The notes under the pieces were generated by a model. That model did not search any database and was not told where the DNA came from. It saw only the letters and a list, made by a program, of their open reading frames with translations. Positions 57,001 to 64,000 of a stretch of DNA of 64,000 bases are shown here, piece after piece (position 1 is the stretch's first letter; every line of letters begins with the position of its first letter). The DNA lies in contig JAYWIR010000034.1 in NCBI GenBank assembly GCA_036172245.1, positions 2,108,001-2,172,000 on the forward strand, given 5' to 3'. Source of the DNA: Raillietiella orientalis. Lineage: Eukaryota. Made by a program: the position numbers and the translations under genes.

Positions 57001-59300
57001 TTTCCGGTTGAAGCCCTGGCACAACGGTCTACACTCTGCATTAGGAGTGTTCCTGTCTAGAGTTCTGCAGGCATGCCTATAAGAAAAACGTTTGCGAGGG
57101 ATATCAGTCGACACACCTGAGTATTTCCATCTCGCAGGAAAAACCAGCATCCTCGGCAACAGCATCCACGAAACTTTTTGAAACATTTCCAGTAATATGG
57201 AAACCTATGGATAATTCGATAAGAACTGATTTTAAGATCTCAGTCGATCAGAGCCTTAGCAGCCTTCCTTGCTGGATGAAACGAACTAAACTCCATGGAA
57301 CTTCGGACATTTTTTTTTTTTTCCTCAAATAACATTCTTTGGACAAAGCTGTCCTCAAAGTACTCACGCAGTCGCAAATCTTTGTTAATCTCTTTATTAT
57401 ATACATATGCAAATAGCTGGAAGACAGATGATAACTAGCTCAACATAATGACTCTTTTCATTCTTATCGTCATCACAGCTCCCGATGAATGTTGTTGACT
57501 TTGGTTTGCATCCATTATGAAAGGTGCACCATTTGTTGTTGAACTCGGAATTCATCATGCGCATCGGCAGTAAGTTTGGAAGGGCAAAGTTTATAATTGT
57601 CTCGATCTACTACTCAACAAATAAGAGTGGATTGAAAAATATGGAGTTTGTATCTTGATCGAGCAAGAAATATGGAGCATCCTGAACTTTCTTCTCCTAC
57701 TGAGTAAACAGCATTTCTTTTTACCATTACTTCTCGCACTGTTCCAGTACGATGAACTCAAATGCAAAGGTGCTTTCCACAGTGGCACGAATGCAGATGC
57801 TTCCAAAATGCGTGGCTGCCAGACCACAAAGTGCGCAGTCAAAAGTTCAGCAAAAAGCAGAACAAAAAAGAAACAGAAGCGGCCCACAGATGGATGTGCC
57901 TAAGACATCTCCGATAGCAGCAGCATCTGTTATTCGGTGGGAGTTCTCCAGTTTCGAAATTTACAAACAAGGAATCTCAATACGCAGGAATGTTGTAGGT
58001 CGCTTGGAAGCCATTAAGAAAGTCACTTGGATGATCGAGGAATTGTGAGCCCGTAGAACGAAGCAGTCAGACACGAAACCAAAGTGAATTTAGGGCTAAT
58101 ATGTTACGGCGTAGTAAGTGTTGTGGCCCAAATCAGACTAAATGTAATAATGCTGTCCATCTAATGGGAACTCTAAAAGTACAATTCCTAGAAGAGAGAC
58201 TGCTGTAGCTTGAGGAGAATAAGTCGGCATGATCCAACTAGTGGAGCTACTGAGTATCTTTTCTTCGCATAGGAAACACTGAAACTCCACTGGTCAGAAT
58301 AGCCCAACCACAGGCAACGTAGCTTCCTGTACTTACTCTTAAGAATTCCTGTATCAAGCGACTTCCGGAAGACTTCTGCTGAGGAGTGGTTCTTTTTCCA
58401 TGCCTCGTTCGTTTCTGTGTCTTCCGCGGAGACAACGGATCTAAATCACTAAAGCGCCCACCAAACATGCTATTTGCAAGTCTTAACTCCACGATCGTCT
58501 AATTTTCCTTTCGTCGTCGACACCTTTCTGTCACTTTGTTGTTAGCAAGACCAAAACTGAGGAAAATCTGTCTCTCCTTGAAGATTTTGCGTCCGTTACA
58601 TTGTTCTTGTCCTCAAGTTTCCCGGTTCTGTTGGCACCGAAGGAAGATGAGTTTCGTCCCCCGCCGGCATGGAAACGCAGCTCCTCAATGCAGGCAGCGA
58701 GGAAGTCTTTGATGGCTTCAGAGTTAACGCTTCCATACCTCTTGATTCGCCGAAGTGAATGCTACATGGCATTCAGTCTCTGCTCTCAAGCTGTCTACCG
58801 GATCGTGGTCCGCCTCATCTTCAGATGTAAGGGCAGGAAGATGGTCCGCTGCAACGCCATCGATTCTCCTCAGTCATTTTGGAAATGAGCTTGTCGAATG
58901 CTCTCGAATTTGGAAAACTCTCTTAAAAAACCTCCAAAGGGTTCTGTTTTAGATCCTTCAGATGTTCCGTTCTATGCCTTCAAGATCATGGAATAGTCGC
59001 CCCTAGGTTATGAATCCAAAAATCAAGGCAAGCATTGATTTTGTTTCGGTTCCTCCTGCCCTCCCTCGCTACATCTATCATATTCTTCATCCTTGGAGTT
59101 CTTCTCTGAAGCTCACCGTGGCCAAGCTTGCTAGTCCCAAACAAGTCGCCTTTGATAGCGCTCCGTACTCCAGCCCTACTGAGCCGAGGTCCTTCGAATC
59201 CGCAAAGGCAGCAGGCAAGCCAAGATCACACACAGTGAAGGCCAATAAATAACCGCTGTAACACGTGGAAACGGAAAGCAAAGGTTCAATCAGTAGTGCC
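51100..59300. other. Unresolved exon-like fragments, possibly lineage-specific gene(s)
   Basis: Examples: a minus exon after acceptor TTTTTCCTACAG (~55560; RSRLQKFLSDVFDSENRNDITNFIFEKQLVDGMLADL), minus LRRIKRYGSVNSEAIKDFLAACIEELRF (~58.7 kb), and a 47-nt GTAAGT...CAG intron-like segment (~58.3 kb). Plus-strand candidates also occur (57.7-58.05 kb). No domain recognised. Confidence 0.25.
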
Positions 59301-60299
59301 TTAGGGTTGTTGACGAGTTTACTTTAAGCATGCAGCTTTGCAAGGGAACGTGTAGGACAGCGGTAATCCCTGGCCCCACAGGATGTGAACCGGCTGACTT
59401 TGGGAGTGCTTTACTTTGACGATCCGGGCGTTCTCCCAAGGGAACCAATGAAAGAGATGGAAAGGAGCATGAGCTGTCAGCGGGGTTCCCCCTCATGAGG
59501 CTTGTCACCGTGGACGGCGGTAACGACCAGAACTCGTTTTGCTTTCTTCCAAAGCAGGAGAACCACAGGTGCCTGCTGGGGCGTGTCCTTCGTGGGCAGG
59601 ACAGTTCCACTCCTGCATAGTCACGTCGTGCTGCAGGTTTCGATCTTGAAGTGCTCAAGTTTTTCGGAACTTTCGAGTCAAGTCCGACTGAGAGCTCAGA
59701 TTGAGCTCCGTCTGTCGCACCCTGCTGGTTCCTTCACGGTTTTCCTGCCATCAACGGTTTGTGATTGCGTCCGATCCGCTTGCTCTCATAACTTGGTCAG
59801 CCGTCTCATAGATGTCTGCAGCTTCCTTGTTACTCCCTAATACCCCAGGTTCTTGCCGCTGCTTGATCAGAGGCAGAGAAGAAGGAAGCTCCTTCCAAGC
59901 ACTTGCATCTGGTTCTTCTTTGGAAGATTTCTCTTCTGAGCACGTTTGGCGGAAGTGTACCTTTTCCTCGCTTTGCGTCCGTAGCACGCGCTATGGCGAC
60001 AGCGTGCTCGCAGTGCACGCTGAAGATTTTCGATGCGCCAACGCACCGTGCAGGCTGCTTCGGTAGGATTCAGGCAAACGAATTTGTCGGGAGAGAGGAT
60101 TCTTTGCCTTTCGTCGGATTCCAAGGCTGCCGGCACCAGCTTAACTTCGTCCCCGCGCCAACCGGAAGGTCACCGTGGGGGCTGCGCCTTCAAGGCAACG
60201 TCCGCATTCCCGAAAGTCGATCGTTTAGCGTTCTGTTCTGAATGTTGCGGCTCGTGTTTGGAGGCACACTCTCGGTTCGGAAGGCTTTCTGTTGAGCGA

Positions 60300-60700
60300 C
60301 CGTGTCCTTTCCGCGGCCCTAATACCCCAGTGCACCGGGCAGAGCCCGTCCAGCTCCTCTCGTCGCTCCTCGCGGGAAAGATAAGGGCAGCGGTGTATCA
60401 GCGTGGCCTCGAGCACGCAAGCGGAAGGACCTCCCTATCGCTCCGGTCGCGGACTTCTTCGACAAACTGCACCTTCCCCCCCCCCCATAGAGTTGCCGAA
60501 CCTTTCGCGTGCGAGTCTCGGATCGTTCCCGGGTTCCCTGCGCGGCGTCTTCCCTTTCCCCGGAAAATCTCGCAGCGTCTCCATCTCACTCGCTCCGCCT
60601 CGGCGCCGAGCGCGTCCGAAACAGAAGGGTGGGGGAGGAGGAGGGGGGGAAAGGGGGAACTTTCCAGCGTTCCGCGTGAGAGAGGTTCTTCTCACAGGAG
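60300..60700. promoter_or_regulatory. GC/CpG-rich island with C- and G-tracts (candidate promoter)
   Basis: C-run at about 60476-60486, purine/G tract at about 60627-60657, and high CpG. An ATG exon with a GTAAGT donor follows at about 60956-61036. Confidence 0.3.
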
Positions 60701-63700
60701 CGCTAAGATGTTTCAAATCTTCCCCTGATTCAAAGATCATCCGTGCTTCCGCTCCATTTCCTGTTTCGATGAGGATCCGTTTCCGAGCACGTCTGCAGGC
60801 TTCGCTGAACGCGACCCCGCGAGCCAATCACCCGTCGACGCCAGTTCGACTCTCTGTAAAGGCCGTGTCGCAACACAAATGTGTTCCAGTGCTCCGTGAA
60901 GCAGAATCGATGGCGATTCCTCAATAGGAAGCCACCCCGCGCCTACACGGCGCAAATGGGAAATCGAATGGCCTCGCTGGCTGCAGAGAAAGACCTCGTC
61001 CGTCACTTCCTCCTTCGTGCCCAATCTCCTCCAGTTGTAAGTTTCCCAAGACATCGAAGCACGCCCCACTTTCCTTTCCTCAAAATTCATAAGGAAGGAA
61101 AAGGATTTCTTCCTTGGAAATTTCCAGGGACCTCTTGAGGAACTCATTAACATTGGTGGGTTCTTCGAAGATCCGTACTTCTGGATTCGTTGATTCCTCC
61201 CTGTTTCTTAGACATCCTGAAGGGTCTTTGCGTGTTTGCCTTCCCCTCCCCCCCTCCTTTTTAGTTCCCATGCAAGTAGATTCAAGATCACCGGATGATT
61301 CCTAGAAAGAGGAAGCATAGCTTCGATTCAGACGTCACGAGACGAGTAGGGCGACTTTGCATCCGATCGGCCGTGGGTGGTTTCCAGATGCGCCGGGAAA
61401 GTGCACAAGTTCTCATGTGCGAGCAGTGTGGGAACGCAAGGAATCCCTCTCAGTTCCCAGCTCCGTCTCCTGACGCGATCTCCACGTGGACATCTGAACG
61501 ACGTGTTCCATTTCGGAGCCAAGGCAGGTCGTGGCCTTTGCAGGAGATCTGAATGCAAGCAGTGGCGTGCACGCGGCACTTGGGGTTGACGACCCGTGAC
61601 GATCGACCCGAACTGACCATGGATGAAATCCTGCATTTTCGGAATCAGCTTATGCCAAAAACGCCTTCAGCACATGTTCGAACGCTGAAGCGCACCACAA
61701 TGCCAACTGTCACGAAAGCGTGCTACCAGAGATCGTAACACGTGACTTCCCGAAACGAAACACCCAAGAGGCTATTTCAGAAGCACACCGAAGCTCACGG
61801 TCGGCGCGAGCTTTGCAGCTACCACTCCTCATTCGATGCCCTCAGGGAAAGAGATGACAGCAGCTTACCGGCGAGGTGAGAGTTTTCCTGCACCATCGCG
61901 TAAAGAACCAGACTCCTCGGAGGCCGGAAGGCGGGCGAGCTGGCGGATGCTTCAACTCCGCGTGCTTTGGCTCCTTTAGTGGAGCGAACTTCTGAGTACT
62001 GCCCCCTCAAGAACTTGTGGTTCTTCCCCATTGTTTCGATACTTCGGTGTTTCCCATCTCCTGAAAACAGGCCGTACTTCTCTCCCTTCACTGGGGATTC
62101 CGGTGCAATCAGTGGAGGCACCGAGTTTCCGTGGGAATTGCATCCCCGAACAATGCGAGGTGCGGGTCGACGGAGTCGATTCCGCCCCACCTGCTTTGGA
62201 ACTGCGGTACCCTCCAGGAACTATGGCGGAGGCAGGTATCAGCGCTCTTGCACCAGGAGGGCACCGCCCGAGATGCGTCGATTCTCCGTGCCGGGAGGAC
62301 TCTCGACGGTCGCAAACCATGGGTTGCATCCGTGCCATCCTCAAGACCCGCCATGTGCTCGAGACGACCGCCAAGCAGCGAAGGGAGGTCGCCGGGATGG
62401 AAGCCGCCTACACGAGGACGGCTGAGAGCTGGCCTCACCTGGAAGAAGGAACGGAGGAGATCTCCGGCATCCACAGCCGGCTGATGAACAGATGAAAACG
62501 ACGAACCCTGGTGACCCTTGACCCTCCCACGTTTTATTTATTAATTTTTTTCATTCATTTCTCATCCGCGTTTGCTCCGTTACTTTCCCGGTGCTTTTGT
62601 TTTTATCCCGGTTCCTGACGGAGCGAAGTCAAAGATCCATGCCCCATCCCACCCCGTCCATTTTTTTTGGTTGTCCCCCGATCCTTTCCACTGTTCCGAA
62701 CTTCCGTTATCCCGGCCTGCGTGCCAATGGACCCTCCTCCCATTTATTTCTTTTGTCGTCGGTTGGGAACTTTGTTCCCAACTGATCTATTTTATATAAA
62801 ATAAACGCCTCGGCGTGACCGGTGGGAAACGTGCAAGAGGATCCACGCTTTGAGAATAGAAATGCATCGATGGGTTTGGAGTACTCGCGCAGGCGGAAAC
62901 TTCAACTTTCTTCAGCTCCACCTCCGTCAAAGTTTCCGCATCTTCCACCTGTAATACTCTGAAGTCTCCCGTTGTGTTCAAACTCTGAAGTCTCTTGTAC
63001 CACTGACGCCGGATGCGGGCTGCTCTTGATTCCCTTAATCGCTTTCCTTTTTCGTAAGGAGCATTTTCCATACCTGAAAAAAAAAACACTCTCAAAAAAA
63101 CAAATTTCCTCTTCACACACAACAAAAATGGACATTTGTAGAGAAGGCGTCTGCAGAAAAGCCTGGAGAGTAGTTGCCAAACCATCTGCAAGCAGATCCG
63201 TGTTTATCACTCATGAGAAAAACAGCCACTATACTCTGCAGTCTCCTTGTGAAAAATCTTTTCAAAGTGCTTTCTTGGATGTCTCGCAGCAGCGCAGGGA
63301 GTTTGCAAATGGCACTAAGCGGTAGGAAACAGCTGTTTGCAGTTCCAAAGACCACGTCGTCCACTCCTTCTGGACGGGAGCAAGCCACAAGCCGAACTTT
63401 CCAAAGTCTCGTTTGTATAATGCAGCTCCATTCTATCCACAAGCGCTCTTTCGCTCTGCTTTGTAAATCATGCGTTCCGTGCTGCCCTCTGCCTGTGGTT
63501 AGTGAATCCGCAATGGAATGGCTTCTTCCCAGGTACTTGCGTGGCGTAATCTCGGCGTTCTTCAACGCGTCCCAGACCTTTTCAGTCCTGTCTGGAATGC
63601 ACCATCCAGTTGTGATTCATGATGGCTTCACCAACAACTTATTCTTGCAGGAGCCATTTTCTTCGGCTATCTTGAAATCATGAGAAGTCTTAAGCACCGT

Positions 63701-64000
63701 GAAACATTTCACCAATCCAGGCTTCCGGATCTCATCCTTCGCAATTCCGGGGACCTAAACCTATCCAATCGTGGTTTAATACCATTAGGTTCCTTTGACC
63801 AAACTCTAGTCTTTCATTCAATTTCCATCTACTTAAGAGCCTATGTTACCACTAAGCGGAGTTTCCGATGTGAGCAATTTTTCCGGAGAGCGATGAAAAT
63901 GACGCCTCCTCAGCTCCGGAAAACCAGGATGCAGAATTATTTGTCTTTTCCGCGGAGGAAAGGGGTTCTCTTCTATACACTAAACAAGGAAGGAGGGGGG

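Overview
This is eukaryotic (animal) genomic DNA from a compact genome with very short introns (many 38-53 nt). An early-branching nematode or other invertebrate is plausible but cannot be proven from sequence alone. From 2.3 to 38.2 kb lies an AT-rich, CpG-poor block of tightly packed conserved genes: L2HGDH (-), PCC1/LAGE3 (-), CC2D2A/MKS6 (+), IP6K (-), ACSF3 (+) and TENT4/PAPD5 (-). They include two convergent pairs with almost no spacer and a candidate PCC1-L2HGDH operon or bicistron. Regions 1-1.5 kb, 4.5-9.7 kb and 38.8-64 kb are more GC/CpG-rich and hold exon-like fragments I could not assign to any family. The most unusual element is a ~700-nt repeat present in two diverged direct copies (40.7-41.4 kb and 46.2-46.9 kb), with a tRNA-like Pol III head, an internal array of ~40-nt G-U-rich hairpins and conserved 3' stem-loops. 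It may be a SINE or a structured ncRNA family. I found no CRISPR array, rRNA, intact tRNA or recognisable transposase/RT, and I cannot claim a new biological system with confidence.
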